A stretch of DNA of 55,457 nt, filler included, from Bipalium vagum (taxonomy: Eukaryota), in assembly GCA_037834085.1 (NCBI GenBank). It is 3 parts of 3 records of this genome, joined end to end, with 100 filler letters (N's around TTAATTAATTAA, not from the genome) between each part and the next. Parts side by side here need not be neighbours in the genome. Positions count along the whole stretch, not along the records: positions 39,137 to 55,457 come from JBBMKC010116264.1; 2 more parts are not named here. The stretch is one strand, 5' to 3'. Position numbers and translations under genes: made by a program. The notes below the pieces were generated by a model that was given only the letters and a program-made list of their open reading frames with translations, did no database searches and was not told where the DNA came from. Shown here piece after piece: positions 39,137 to 52,429 of the stretch (position 1 is the stretch's first letter; the number at the start of each line of letters is the position of its first letter).

Positions 39137-39591
39137 TAACAGTTTAATGAAAAAAAACGGTGTTTTTTATTTAATTCAAATCTTGCGTGATTTTTGAGAC
39201 ACCCTTTATGTTTGATTCAATGAGAACCACAGCAGATTAAATATATTAAATTATTTAATTTACTAATTATTATTATTTATTATTATTATTATTAATTTGA
39301 ACTTCAATTTAAATTGAAATATTTAAAATATACTAAATTTTTATAATGTGAAATTTCCAATTTTTCCTTTTTATTAAATACTTGCTTTTTGTCATCAATT
39401 ATCATTGGGTCATGTTATTGATTTCTTATTTTATTCTTGCTGCAATGCTTAAAGATTATCTGAATAATTTTATCATACGATTTACTGTCTAATGAGACTG
39501 ATCAAAAAGTGAACTTATATTAGCGATGAGAAGACCTTTATCTAAGAACACATTATCATTTAATGAGATCAACCCTTTTCTGTGGATTCAG

Positions 39592-42500
39592 GTGTGGCAC
39601 AAGTCAAAGTAATGACGGAACCGAGTCTATTGGCCACTGCGTGTGAACAGTTTTTAGGTAGACGGCGATCGGAAATTGAAGAAACAATTTTGCAAACTCT
39701 GGACGGACATTTAAGAGCTATTTTGGGAACCCTAACCGTCGAGGCAATTTACCAGGTATCCGATTTATACTCTGGTTCTCTGATTAACTTTCATTCATTT
39801 TACTTTATTTGTGGTTGAAAATGTAACGACACTGAAAATACTTTTAACAGAATTTGTACCACAATTCCTTTGGAATAATGTAATACTATTAGTAATAATA
39901 ATAAAATCATTATTCTTTTTATTATTGAAATGATTTATTATTATTGCTAATATGGTTATTATTATTATTTCATAGTCATACATTATTAATCAGGAAATGC
40001 ATTTATCGCAATATTTATTTTTGAAGGTTTTCAGGTGATATCAAATTTTTATAAATTGTATCAGTTCATTTTGATTATCGATTTATTCTCCATTGAGTGA
40101 TCAGATAATATCACAATATCTTTATCTTTTATCAAAAAGATTTATTTTTTGTCAAATGAGTTATATATTTACAAAAGCCTTTGATTACCTATATATATGA
40201 ATTGTATATGAAGTTGTATTTAGTACCATTTCCATGGCAGCATAACTTTTATCGAAATTGGGTTTTTAATATCAGCTGAATTGATTTGACAACTAAAATC
40301 GACTCATTCTTAAAATGTCCCTTTTCACACGGCATAGTGATGAAGATTTTTCGAATTATATGCTTGACTTGAAATACAAATAATTCTTGGCCGTTCATTT
40401 GGAGTTTTGAACCACTTCACGTTTGATCTTGTAATAACTTGAAATTTGAGAGAGATCAGCTAGTTGAAAAAAGTCAAGTACCTCGTGCTATATTCACATT
40501 ATTATTATTATTAACTAAAAAATCAATATCAACAGCGGTAAAGTTTTGATATTGGTTATTTCAGTGATTGCCTACCGATTCTGACGTTAGAAAAATATTT
40601 GCACTTGAAATATCGGGAATGTGGGTAGTTCATGGTTATCGTTCATCATTATAAGGGTTTTTTACACGTATTGATCAAATTCAACTTTGAAAATGAGGGA
40701 AAAGTTTAACACTTGCATGTTTTGCATTTCACAATTATGGTAAGAGAAGAAAGGACTTTTCAAAACTCACGGATTTCTTCATTGTATAACATTGACCGAT
40801 AAATATTCTGTAATATTCATCAATCACAAATATATTTTTAATATGGTTTTAAAGTTTATTGCCTAAAAGTAATTTTAAGTCAACTTATGAAAACAATGTG
40901 CACCAAGTTGAAAAGAATGAATATTAAGAGGTTGTTTATGACAAAGCCGATATTTTTGAAAGAACAACTCACACCTTATCGAGACCTATTTCGGTTTTTG
41001 TAATGCGCTCGATCCCAGAGAGAAAATTCGAGTTGAATAGACTTTTTCTATCAATTTCTGTGGGAAGATTTCTATCAAATGGCTCACGAATTAATTAATG
41101 AGATGAAGGGTGACCAAGCAACAATCGATCAACATTTTTATGGAATGAGAAGATTCCAAAGATAAGGTGCATATTCAGTCCATCAAGTTTTGTTTCATTT
41201 TGTTTTTCTTAGCTCTTATTTCGTTTTCAGCAATTATTATGCGCCGAAATAACAAAATTATTTTTTAATTCGCACTACAATCGCAGATGATAAAATGGTA
41301 CCTATAAATCAATTTTAAGTATTAAAAAAATGTCTGAATTGAGATCTTGACCTCCAGAAAAACAATGTTTAGCGTGTGGTGGAAAAGGAAATCAGAAATT
41401 GATCGTCAACAAATACTTCGGCTAGAAGTACCAATAAAGTGACAGGCGAACACCATTTATTATGAAGTTATTTTGACGTCTCAAAAACGTTACTCGATCG
41501 AATATATATATATATATATTCTATGCTGACAAAATCACTGTCATTACCAAACTCTATTGTGAGATTTTACCTAAGCCAGCAAAAGTCTCAACTGACTGTT
41601 ATCCTTTCCAATTTATATTGAGCATTATCTCTGGATTTTCCTTTACAGTTCAACTGGAAAATTGAAACGATGAAGAAATGGCTTCTTCAATATTGACGGA
41701 CATTTTAAAGAAAGCGTTACAAGGAAATTAAACAATGGATGAGGTCGTATGTATCGTATTTTGAAATCAACGCGGTACAGTGACTTGATCAATTGTTAAC
41801 CATCTCTGATCGACGAAACAATTTTCAATAAGGCTTCATTTTTAATTATTGTAAATCGAAGTGAGGGGAACAATGAATAACTTGAATCGAAAATAACAAA
41901 GGGAACAAATCGATCTCCACACAAAGGTTCTCTTTTCGCCTTCCGCATGGTTAATTTGTCACTTAACTAATATCACATTTTAAACAGTTATGATGAAAAT
42001 CATTGAGATTATCATTTAAAACCCATCTATTTTCGGTGTTAGGACAGAGATCAATTTGCCCACCAAGTGCGTGAGGTCGCTGCACCTGACGTTGCGAAAA
42101 TGGGAATTGAGATTTTGAGCTTCACCATCAAGGACGTATATGATAAGGTGGAATATTTAAATTCTCTCGGTAGAGCGCAAACTGCACTTGTCAAACGTGA
42201 CGCTGATATCGGAGTCGCTGAAGCGGAACGGGATGCTGGTATTCGAGTAAGCCAACAGTTGAAAAAGTTGAACAGAGTGAACATTGTGCTAATGAATAAT
42301 AGGAAGCAGAATGTGAAAAAGCTCGTATGGATGTTCGATATGAGGCGGATACGGAAATCGCAAATGCCACAAGAGGATATCAATTGCAAAAGGCATCCTT
42401 TGATGCCCAAGTATTTAAAGTGAGAGCCGAAGCTGAACTTGCCTTTGAATTGCAGGTATGTTATATGGCTGTATAAATATTTTAATTATTTAATAAAAAA

Positions 42501-44770
42501 AAATAATAATCAATAATAAATATTAATAATAATTAATAATTTTAATAAAAAATAATAATATTTATTATAGTTTTTGGTTATATTTTTTCTACTACTCTTC
42601 CTATTTTTTTTACAGTTATCGGTGTAACATTCACTGCATTCTCTTGTCTTAAGAAATCTTTTACTGAGAGATCACAATTAATGCTTGAGAATTGCCTATG
42701 TTTTGTTTTTCGTACTTTTTCTTTTAGTGTAACCTTTTTTCACATAAAGTTGATCAGACTTTTGCCAATTGCTTGTGTTGTGCTGAGGATTTGTAAAATT
42801 TTAATTCACCCTCCTTTTTTCAATGAAGGCAGCGAAGGAGAAACAGAAGATTCGTTCAGAAGAAATTCAAATCGAAGTAGTAGAAAGGAAAAAGCTAATC
42901 GAAGTGGAAGAAAAAGAAATTCTCAGAAATGAAAAGGAACTGGAAGGAACCGTAAAAAAACCAGCAGAAGCTGAAGCTTTCAAAACCGAAGTTTTGGCCG
43001 ATGCCAGACGGTAGTGCATATGAAAATGATCTTTGATTGACATTTTTCATTTACTATTTGGTTGTTTAGAACGAAACAGGTTCTGCAGGCTCAGGGAGAG
43101 GCCGAATCGATTCGACTAAAGGGCCACGCTGAAGCTGCGTCTTTAAGTGCCGTTGGAAAAGCCGAAGCTGAACGAATGAAACTGAAAGCCGCTGCCTATA
43201 ACAAATACGGAGACGCTGCAATACTGAGCTTGGTCCTGGATGCATTACCGAAAGTCGCTGCTGAAATCTCTGCTCCTTTGGCCAAAACAAACGAAATTGT
43301 GATACTCGGTGGTTCCGACTCGAAAGGCGATATTACAAATGAACTGACTCGCTTGTTGGGTAATCTCCCACCTGCCGTTCAGGCTATGACAGGGGTCGAT
43401 ATTTCTCAGGTGAGATTTTCAAATATCATTGTTTTTATTTTTATTCTTAAATAATAATAATAATAATAATATTCAATAATCATTATTATTACTTATTGCT
43501 GATTAAGATTAATAATATAGAGGGATCCATAAAAATTTCGTTTTTTAAAAAAATATTATTAAAAAATTATTACAGTACATAATTATATCATTATGCATTT
43601 TTGTGTCGCTATATATTTTTTTTATAAAACGACTTTATTTTATGGACCCCTCTATATCACTATTATTATTATTATTATTATTATTATACCTTAAGAAGGA
43701 ACTTTCTCTCGAAAATCAATAACTCCTCGCTTTTAATTTTATGTTTCGCAAATTTAAACTTAATTGAATTAAAACCCCACAATAAAGCCTTATCTGCACC
43801 GAAAATTGAATCAAAACAATAACGATAAAAACTTTATTGAGCACTTTAAAACAACCTTTATACTCATCACAAAAAATCAAAATTCAGAACCGTTCAAATC
43901 TCTAAAAATCAGAATTGTTCAAGTGTCTGCAAAAATCATAAAAAAGCCATAAATATAACACAAATAAATAATTCAACTTCACAACTTCAAAACCAAATGA
44001 TTAGAATGACATTTAGATTAATATAAAAAAATATGAAAACAGAAAAATATTGAAAATATTTTCACCAGCACCAGGAGTCCCCGGGTCATCCTATGAGTTC
44101 TTCTCAGGTCAACTAGGGATTCCCAAACTCGCTGTGTCGCCTTGGTAAATCCTTTTGCATCGTCTGTGGCATAAATAAGAAAAAATCTGCAAAGATAAAT
44201 CTTCTCCGAAAGCCACAAATTTCTGCTGTAATAAAATAATTCTTCTCTTTGAATCACCAATATCTTTGAAAAAAATCCTCTTTGCTGGAACTAATTAATC
44301 TTCCTTTAAAAAAAGTTTTCTTTGGGATAATAACTCTTCACAAATATCTTTGAAAACCAATTTTCTTTTTTATTTGCCTGGGAGTTTTATGGGAATAGTC
44401 GTCTCTTTATATAGTCGTAGAGATTAGTCTACGATCAGTGATACCTACGCTTCGAAAAGGGTTTTTCCACCAATAAACCTTTAATTCTAACAGAGATAAA
44501 GTTAGACAAAAGAAAAATTAACGTCGAGATTTTGATATTACTTTTAGTAATTCTAAAAGTTTAATTAATATTATAAAACGCTTAATTAATATTATAAAAA
44601 GTTTAATTAATGCTTTTATTATTATTATTATTATTATTGATTAATATTAATATTATCATTGTGAATATAATAATTTTTTTTCTTTTATATTGATCAATGT
44701 TATTATTTTTATTATTATTACAATTCGATAGGCTGTCAGACAAATTCCAGGAGCTCGAGTCATAAGTTAA
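39592..44770 (+). CDS. flot2: Flotillin-2 (reggie-1), 5'-truncated by the gap
   Basis: In-phase GT-AG exons 39592-39755, 42043-42246, 42303-42455, 42829-43010, 43070-43409 and 44732-44770. They encode GVAQVKVMTEPSLLATACEQFLG..DRDQFAHQVREVAAPDV..KRDADIGVAEAERDAGIREAECEK..LPKVAAEISAPL..TGVDISQAVRQIPGARVIS*. AATAAA near 44996. Confidence 0.96.
43518..43654. mobile_element. 137-bp Tc1/mariner-type MITE
   Basis: TA|TAGAGGGATCCATAAAA ... TTTTATGGACCCCTCTA|TA. Confidence 0.85.
43742..44537 (-). mobile_element. Solo-LTR-like element, copy 2 (in the last flotillin intron)
   Basis: The reverse complement shares TGATCGTAGAC.AATCTCTACGACTATA, GACACAGCGAG.TTGGGAA.CCCTAG and AATAAAGTTTTAT with 35925-36621, in the same order. 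Confidence 0.78.
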
Positions 44771-45619
44771 TTAGGAAGGCATCGATTCTGATAAATAATA
44801 ATATGCTTATACCTTAAACATTTTTTATTTCGATTACACTTTTATCCGATATTGTGAGTTTCATAGCTTCTTATTAATATTAATATTATTATTATTGATA
44901 ATATTATTGATATTTATGATTATTGTGCGCTTGTTTGAGTGGATCTTTTGCAATGAAGAACACTTTTATATTCTGTTTTATGTTTGATACCATAAAATAA
45001 ATGTCCAATTTTATATGAATTATTGAGCTTGGAGGATTTTATTATTGATTATTGATTATTACTAACTATTATAGTGTTCGATGATAATTATTAAGTAATA
45101 TGAAAATTTTTATGAATTCATTGATTTTGCATGTTTTCTCTTTTTCTCTGATTCGTTTTACCATTTCGATTTAAATAACACTATTTATTTTTTCCCATTA
45201 TGTTTTGTCCATATAAAATCTAATGAAAACAGAAATCGATTTAATCAATGGCGCAGTAAAGCATCAGCTGTATAGACCAAGTTGATTTCATGTTTCATCT
45301 GGTCCAGTGCAAAACTTTGAAATTCGTACACAGGTCCATACCGAAACACAATGAAATCTTTTCAGAAATTAAAATCAATACATTTGTTGAAAACAAAATT
45401 AAAATATTTTTGTTGAGCCGTTAAATTACTCTTTGAAAGCAGGACACAAAGTTTAGTAAAATGTTACTTAAATGAAATAAATATAATACAAACAGTAGGG
45501 TTATTTAATTCAAAATCATTTAAAATGTCTGTTTCACAAAATAATTTAACTAGTCGTTGTAGAATTAAGTTAAGTAAGTCATACAGAATTATCTGAATCC
45601 ATAAATCTTCTTCAACGTT

Positions 45620-45960
45620 GAACCGAGTACATTGAGATGTCACCTTCCACTTTTTTTTTCTTACTTTAGCCAACAAGAACTCTTATTCTTAGCTGTCGCC
45701 TAACAACGCTACATCGATTTCATGAAATTTGTTGGCTGGTCGGAAGCGTTAAGATTTTGTTGTTCTGGCTGAAGAATATTCTCGGCTTTCAATGGTTCGT
45801 CTTGCTTTGATGATGCAGAGAGGCTTGGTAACTTGATATTAAACTCAGCAGCCATTTCTTAGTGCTTCTTCTTAAGAAATTAAGGTCGTTTGTTGTTTTC
45901 AAGAATTTCGTGAATAATCTGCAGCCTGGTGTCATTTTTAAGGTGCAGCCGCTTGTATAA
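45620..45960 (-). mobile_element. Tigger/CENP-B-like (pogo) N-terminal remnant
   Basis: KRLHLKNDTRLQII..EMAAEFNI..IIKARRTIE..RFRPANKFHEIDVALL. Confidence 0.55.
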
Positions 45961-46607
45961 ACTCGTAATTTACTAATTAAAATCGTATATTGTCACTGGG
46001 ATACTTAAAACTAATAATGTATAAAGAACATTAACGAGATTTATTTATATTAAAATAAATTATATTTTTTATTTACTATTTCAAATTGTGAAACACCATT
46101 TTAAATGGAAGAATGTAAGGTTGTTCAGAAAGTTTTGCACATGTTTTGTTTATATACAGTAAGTGTAATTAGATTATTTAAGGATCATTAAATATTATAT
46201 AGCATTTAAAAGCCGGAAAGTCACTTTGCATTTTTTAGTAAAAGTACGACCAAAATTTTTATTAGTAATTCATATCTTAATAAATGATGTATTGCCTTTT
46301 TGTTCCAAGACTTTATCAGGCAGTTTCAATATTCTAACCTTTAAAATGACTTAAGTGCCTTAAATTAAGATTTAAAGATAGGTATGAAGTATTAATACTC
46401 TATAAAGTATTAATCTGTTTTGATCCTTTCAAGATTTGGAACGAATTGCTTCTAAAATTGATAAAATATTAAACAAGATTTTACTGATGAAGAAAATTAC
46501 CAAAGAAGGCTCTTGAACTTTTAAACTTTTGGATTTGAAAGTGCAATGGAAGAAGCACGATAGAAGCTTAACACAAGTTTAAAGGATATTGAAGATTGGT
46601 TGAATAT

Positions 46608-47280
46608 TGTTGGGTTATCCAAGGGCACATCCCTTTCAACCCTCGTAAAATTCTCTTTTGAAGACCGCAAAAGGGTCTAGAATATTTATAATAATTATAA
46701 ATTAATTATTAAGACAACAAAAGGGTCAAAATTTAATATGAATTAAAAATTAATGATAAAATAATAGTTTTAATTATACAAAAATTTGAAGTATAAATAT
46801 TAATAATAATAATAAAATAATTATTTTTGATGAAAGAAAATATCTAATCTCAACAACAGGAAGATTAGATCAGGGTTTGCAAGGAGGGACAGATTTAGAA
46901 ATTAATTGATCAAAACGGGATTTGATATATTCCCCATTATGAAAACTGGTCTACCATTGATTAGTCGTCTGACCAGTATAAAACTGATTGAAATCTGCAG
47001 TAAAAGTCCACAAAACAAGAATGGTTAAGCAAAATTTGAAAAATTATCGAAGAAATTATTTGTCAGAAGATTAAGAGGAAATTAATCGTCGAAAGATTAT
47101 TGAAGATTTATCGAAGATATTATTTGTCGGAAGATTCAAGAAGATTCATAGTCAGAGGATTTTCGAATATTTGTTGTTAAAGCGGGCTAGAATGCAGGAT
47201 TCAGAGAAGCCTTAATAACTAGACCCAATAATGCAGTAGAGATTAACGTGTGCCAATAAAGAAGATGAACAAAATATTGA
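46608..47280 (+). mobile_element. LTR-like sequence (second family), interrupted by the DD37E element
   Basis: Begins TGTTGGGTTATCCAAGGGCACATCCC..AAGACCGCAAAAGGGTC, directly repeated at 55369. Contains a TATA-like TATAAAA (~46977) and GAAGATT repeats. Confidence 0.6.
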
Positions 47281-47386
47281 TGTATTTTGTATACGCACCA
47301 ATTAATTTAAAATTCTGATTATCAATTTAAGTTATTCCTTATTTTATATGGTTTGTTTAAACTAAGTGAAAATTTCAAATTTAATA

Positions 47387-48514
47387 ATGAAGATCATTCA
47401 GAAAAATGAATTATGTAGAAGAGTGTTTGCCAAGCTTGGACGACACTCAAGAAGAGAAGTTTTAGAACACTTTTTGAAAGAAAAAATAAGTCGCCGCACA
47501 TTGTATTCAATTCTCCGGAGATATGAAAATGGCGAAGCTTCAACTGGAGTTTAAAAAACAGGTAGGCCACCAATTTTACATGACATGATCAAGTTGCAAG
47601 AAGATGCACAGGACAAAATCGGTCAATCCAACCGTGTTCTTAGCAGTAAATCTCACATTTCTAAAGAAACTGTGCGTCCAAATTCGCTCAAATGTAAAGT
47701 CAAATATCATAAAAGAGTCCCTGTTCCAAAATATACCGAGAAACAATTGGATTATATATCGAAGAAATGCAGATCTCTTAGAAGAAATTATTTTCACTTC
47801 GGATGTCAAAATAATTCCAGATGATGAAAAATATTTAACTTTTTCTTGGAGTAATGAATCACAAAATCAAGGATTTTATGCTGATGACACTGAAAATGTT
47901 ACAGATTATATTAGATTCACTCCTAAAGCTAAATTTGAACCCAAAGTATTGATATGGACTGCGATATCTGGAAAAGGTGTGTCCCAGCTGTACATTCAGG
48001 AATCCAACAGTGCAGCAATAAAATCAGATGTGTACATTAAGAAATTTCTTACAAAATTAAAAAGATTCATCACAAAAAAACATAAAGATAATAACATTAT
48101 CTTCTGGCCTGACTAAGCAAGTTGCCATCTTTCACAAAAAACATTAACATGGTTAGAAGACAATAACATTCAATATGTACCAAAAGTTTCGAATCCACTA
48201 AATATTCCCAATGCTCGTCCAATTGAAGATTTTTGAGCTATATTATGTTTAATAGTACACAAAAATGGTTGGGAAGCCAAATCAAAGAAACAGCTTATAA
48301 GGAAAATTACAGATTCCTATAAGAAATCGATATGTAGTCCGTCCAAGCAATGATATCAAAAGAAACATTCGCAAAATCGAAGATGGAGGTCCTTTAGCCT
48401 TATATAAAATGACAATATTCTCTTGAAATATGTTATTTTATGTCTCTGAAATGTTGTTTGAATAAATTTATTATAAAGAATAGTGTTTCGGCATTCTTTT
48501 TTGTGCATCCACTT
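47387..48514 (+). mobile_element. DD37E ITm transposase pseudogene, near full length
   Basis: ISRRTLYSILRRYE..KTGRP..DDEKYLTF..KFEPKVLIWTAIS..FWPD*ASCH..PNARPIEDF*. There are exactly 37 residues between the second D and the E. TIR-like 3' end ..GTGCATCCACTTTA. Confidence 0.93.
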
Positions 48515-48759
48515 TATTGGCACGCTATTAGAAATTTGGTTAAATCATACGAAACATTAATACTGTAAAAAGAAGTTACGTAAATGTAATTCAGAAAGAT
48601 TTCTATGGTGGGAAATATCATCGATAAAAATTCAATATTCCGAGGTATAAGCAATCTATTGAGAATCAAAGACAAATTCAAGTTGAGTACCACCGGGAAG
48701 TCAGTTTTAAATGATTTAATGGACAAGAAGAGTCTCGGAAAATCTACTCAGGTCAGAAA

Positions 48760-50020
48760 GAAATGCTAATTTATTCAATGAAACACTTTGGTAGATTTAT
48801 GTTCAATAGGTGCAGGGGATTTTAAGCATCAAAAGATGAAAAACTTAGTTTGGACAGTGTTTCTGATATGGATCTGATGATCACATGAGACTGCATAGCC
48901 CACTGAAGAACAATTGCTCAATTTATGGAAAACAAACTATATCATGTGATGGGACAAAGTCATGATGGACTGACAATGACAGAAGAGTTCTCAGGAATTG
49001 AAGGAAAAGTTGTGCAAAGCTGAAATTCTAGATTTTCATAGAAAAAATCGTGTATTTGTGGTAAACATTGATGCACGTTTAGGAGCTATTGGAACAGTAT
49101 TGAGTCAGATCAAAGGAAGAGGGGCGATAGCCATGATTTTTTATGGCTCACGACATTTTTCGACTTGGGATATTTTGTAACGAGAAAAGAACTATTAGCA
49201 CTGTATGAATTTGTTCCCCATTACAGGAAACTTGTCCTTGTTCTTACATTTCATAATGCTCTAGTTTATATGCATTCTACGAAAAATCCAATTAGTCCAC
49301 AATTTCAAACTTACCTAGATAATCGGTCGGAATTCAACTTGGAATTAAAGCTCAGAAAAGGAGAAGATCAATGTAATGGTGACGGCTAGGCAAGATTATC
49401 AGATATTTTGTGTTCTTAATGCCAGACGAAGAACAAACATGCAAAATTAGAAAAGTTGAAAACTAGATATATCAACGTTTTTCATAAAAGTGATTCTAGT
49501 CCGGAAATAATTCATAAAATAAGAAATGAACACAATTCAAAATCCAATGGTAGCTGATCTCAAATGTTATTTGGCAGAGAAAAGAAAAATCATATTCACG
49601 AAGTTAAGACAGAGTAACCTTTCTAATGTGAGGAATAATTAGGATGTAGTTGATAATTTACTGGTTTTAAGGAAAAATTTAAAAACCTAATAATTATCGC
49701 TAAGGTATCCTAGTAGAATTTGTATTCTAAATTATGTCATTTAGGAACTAAGATATTCTATTATTAAAAATTAAGTATTTTTTGGCCATCAATGTGGGAA
49801 AAAATTAAAATCTGTTTATCGAACTTCGCGGCTTGTGCAAAAAGAAAAATACACCAAACTCTCAGAAGAAGTGATCATTTTTATAGCAAATCGGGATTGA
49901 TGTAGGTTTTATGGAAAAGGCTGGAGTTTACAGCAAATACTTAATCGTCATCATCGAGTGTTTTAGCAAATTAATGAGCATGAGTACAGCTTCAGGAATT
50001 GATGATAAGTCTAATTTCAA
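48760..50020 (+). mobile_element. Ty3/Gypsy pol remnant (RT end, RNase H, integrase N-terminus)
   Basis: LKEKLCKAEIL..NIDARLGAIGTVLSQ..VTRKELLA..RKGEDQCNGDG and LCHLGT..YFWPSM..FAACAKRK. Confidence 0.9.
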
Positions 50021-50039
50021 AGCGATTATGAATAAATGC

Positions 50040-50460
50040 TATTATCAACTTGGTAACATTTTGAAAGATAGAGGGATTTTCTAAGGGACTCGGGATTAAA
50101 CATAGACATGAATACACGTTTACAAAAAGTGAAAATCTCGTTACGTCCAGACTTAATTGACAGATTCAAGGACAAGAAAGTTATCAGTCTTATCAATCTC
50201 AAAGTGTCATATGATGAGCGTTGTAACTTCTCTGAAGGTCGTAAAAGAAATATGAAGGACTTGATCAGCAAATGGCACTTGCAACCTGCAACAAAGTTGA
50301 TATCTGGACGATCAATCTCGGCTCCTGGGATCTAGAGAATGATAAGGTGCTAAATCCACTTGATTTCAAGGAAACGGACATACACAGATTATCAACCGAT
50401 ATGATTGTGTCCGCTATCGCGCAATCATATCATATCTAATTTACAACATGTAGCTGAATG
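50040..50460 (+). mobile_element. 3' fragment of a restriction-like-endonuclease (NeSL/R2/Utopia-type) non-LTR retrotransposon
   Basis: SLRPDLI..KKVISLINLKVSYD....F.EGRKR (PD-(D/E)xK RLE core), then after a frameshift LGSWDLENDKVL..DMIVSAIAQSYHI. Confidence 0.72.
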
Positions 50461-51829
50461 TTGATAATCTTATTATTTATAAATATTTTTTATCTCTACT
50501 ATCATAATACATATTATATTAACTAGTATCATTATAATCAATAAAATAAATAATAATATTAAAAAAATAATGATTAAAATCAAAAATCTTTATTTTTTAA
50601 GTAACTTTACAAAAATTCTTAATAAATATAACTTCAAAGAATTCTAACATTAATTTTTAACCAAAATAAAAAAATTAAAACTCAATAAATTAACTTTAAA
50701 ATCTCAAAATATTTATCTCTAAAGAACTTGTCTAAATTTATAACTTAAATAAATAATTCCAACTTCACTCAATAATCCAAATTTTATAAACTTTCATAAC
50801 AATTTTAATCTAAAAAGAATTATTTAAACACAAGACATTATTTTACAATTTATATTTAACAACACCTTTAAGTTTCAAATAACTTAATTAGTAATTTTAA
50901 AACCTCAGGTTAATGGTAAAAATCTAACTAAATAATTTAAATTAAAAAATTTCTTAACGTTAATAATTTAACTCCAAAACAATACTTTTTACCTCAGTAT
51001 TGACAAGGCTCATGATAATTTTGACTTGAGACCTCTAAATATCATGAGTATTTTGACATTCTAATGCTCATGGATGAGAGCGAAAGGGATAAATAGATGC
51101 TTCGTAACAAACCGACGGCAAGGAAATAGTTCAATATCCACTGCTCATGGTAAATTCCAGGAAATACTTGTCACTGGTATGTTTTTATCCTTAATTTTTA
51201 TCATCAGAGGAGGCTGAAATACTAAAACTCAATAGTATGAGGGCGAAAAGACAGTAAAGGATTAGGAGAAGCTGTGCTTAACTTTTTTTTCTTTTGTGTA
51301 TAATTTTATATTTATAGGTAATGCTTTATGGTGAAGGGAGATTTTTAATGTTATTTTTCTGAGGAGTATCTCCTAACAACCCTACACATACTTCAACACC
51401 CTTAGTTTACCCCAAGAAACTATTTATAAGGTCTTTCTTTTTTTTACTATTAGTCTGTGATATAATTTTTATTTTGTCTTCAGGCATAGGGTTATACACT
51501 CTCTAGAGTCAGTTAAGATTTGTTTGTCGGTTTTTATCGGGTTTCTCTGGTTTTTGTCTGGTAAGACATTTCCGGGAAGAAGATCTGCGCAGCCGAAGGA
51601 AGGCGGAAAAAAGTAATTTAATACTTTTTTAAGCATACCAATATCTGGCCGATGATTGGGGATAAAAAAAAGATCCAACGCCCACACTAGCCGATGAATG
51701 ACGAACAACAAGACCAATGCCAATCCAGTCAAAATCACAACACTAGATGGAAGAAAAAAATATTAAACAGTGCCGGAATTAAAAAATATAAAATTAAGGC
51801 GGGACCAAAGTGTATTTAAATCAAGTGTT

Positions 51830-52210
51830 GATTTTTTAAAAGAACTGATATGAATTACTTCCAAGAATAGAATTTATTATTAATGCCACACAAAGGTTCT
51901 CGCCTTCTGAATAGTATTGAGATATTTAGTAAACCTTCACGGAATCATCAAAAACATCTTCCCAGAAACATATATCACCAAAGAAGTCAAACAAAATATG
52001 GAGATGGTAACAAAAAATCAAAATGAGTTCATTTGTGAAGGACAGAGAATTTGAGGTCGGAGGTAATGTGTTAGTTAAAATCGAACCACAACAAGGAAAG
52101 AAACCTGATTTCCAACACGAGATTACTAGGTTTTTCTCACCACATCAAATTGAATTGAATGGCCCTAGGAGAAAAAGCTTTAAACATTTGAGATGTTTTA
52201 AAAAAAAATT
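51830..52210 (+). mobile_element. Gypsy integrase C-terminal remnant
   Basis: ELLPRIEFIINAT..FSPSE and REFEVGGNVLVK. Likely the continuation of 48760-50020. Confidence 0.7.
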
Positions 52211-52429
52211 TTTAATTAATTAATGAGAGATAGAAATATACCAAGTGGCTCAAAATAAGTGGAACACTTGATTAATCGAAATTTACATTCGCTTAATTTG
52301 TAACATCCGTCTGAATTCCGATAACCTCATCTAATACCGAACTGATATTCAATTTGTGATCGTAAACGATTTCAGACGGTGAGAATTTTGTCGAGCTTTG
52401 TTGGGCATCATTAATGCTAAAGTCGATTC

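Noticed and set aside
47040-47170. Spaced GAAGATT repeats resembling a CRISPR-like array
   Set aside because: Short, irregular, degenerate units within a eukaryotic LTR-like sequence, with no constant repeat/spacer structure and no cas genes.
50398-50431. 12-bp hairpin GATATGATTGTG..CGCAATCATATC
   Set aside because: It lies inside the RLE coding relic and is single copy here, with no support for independent function.
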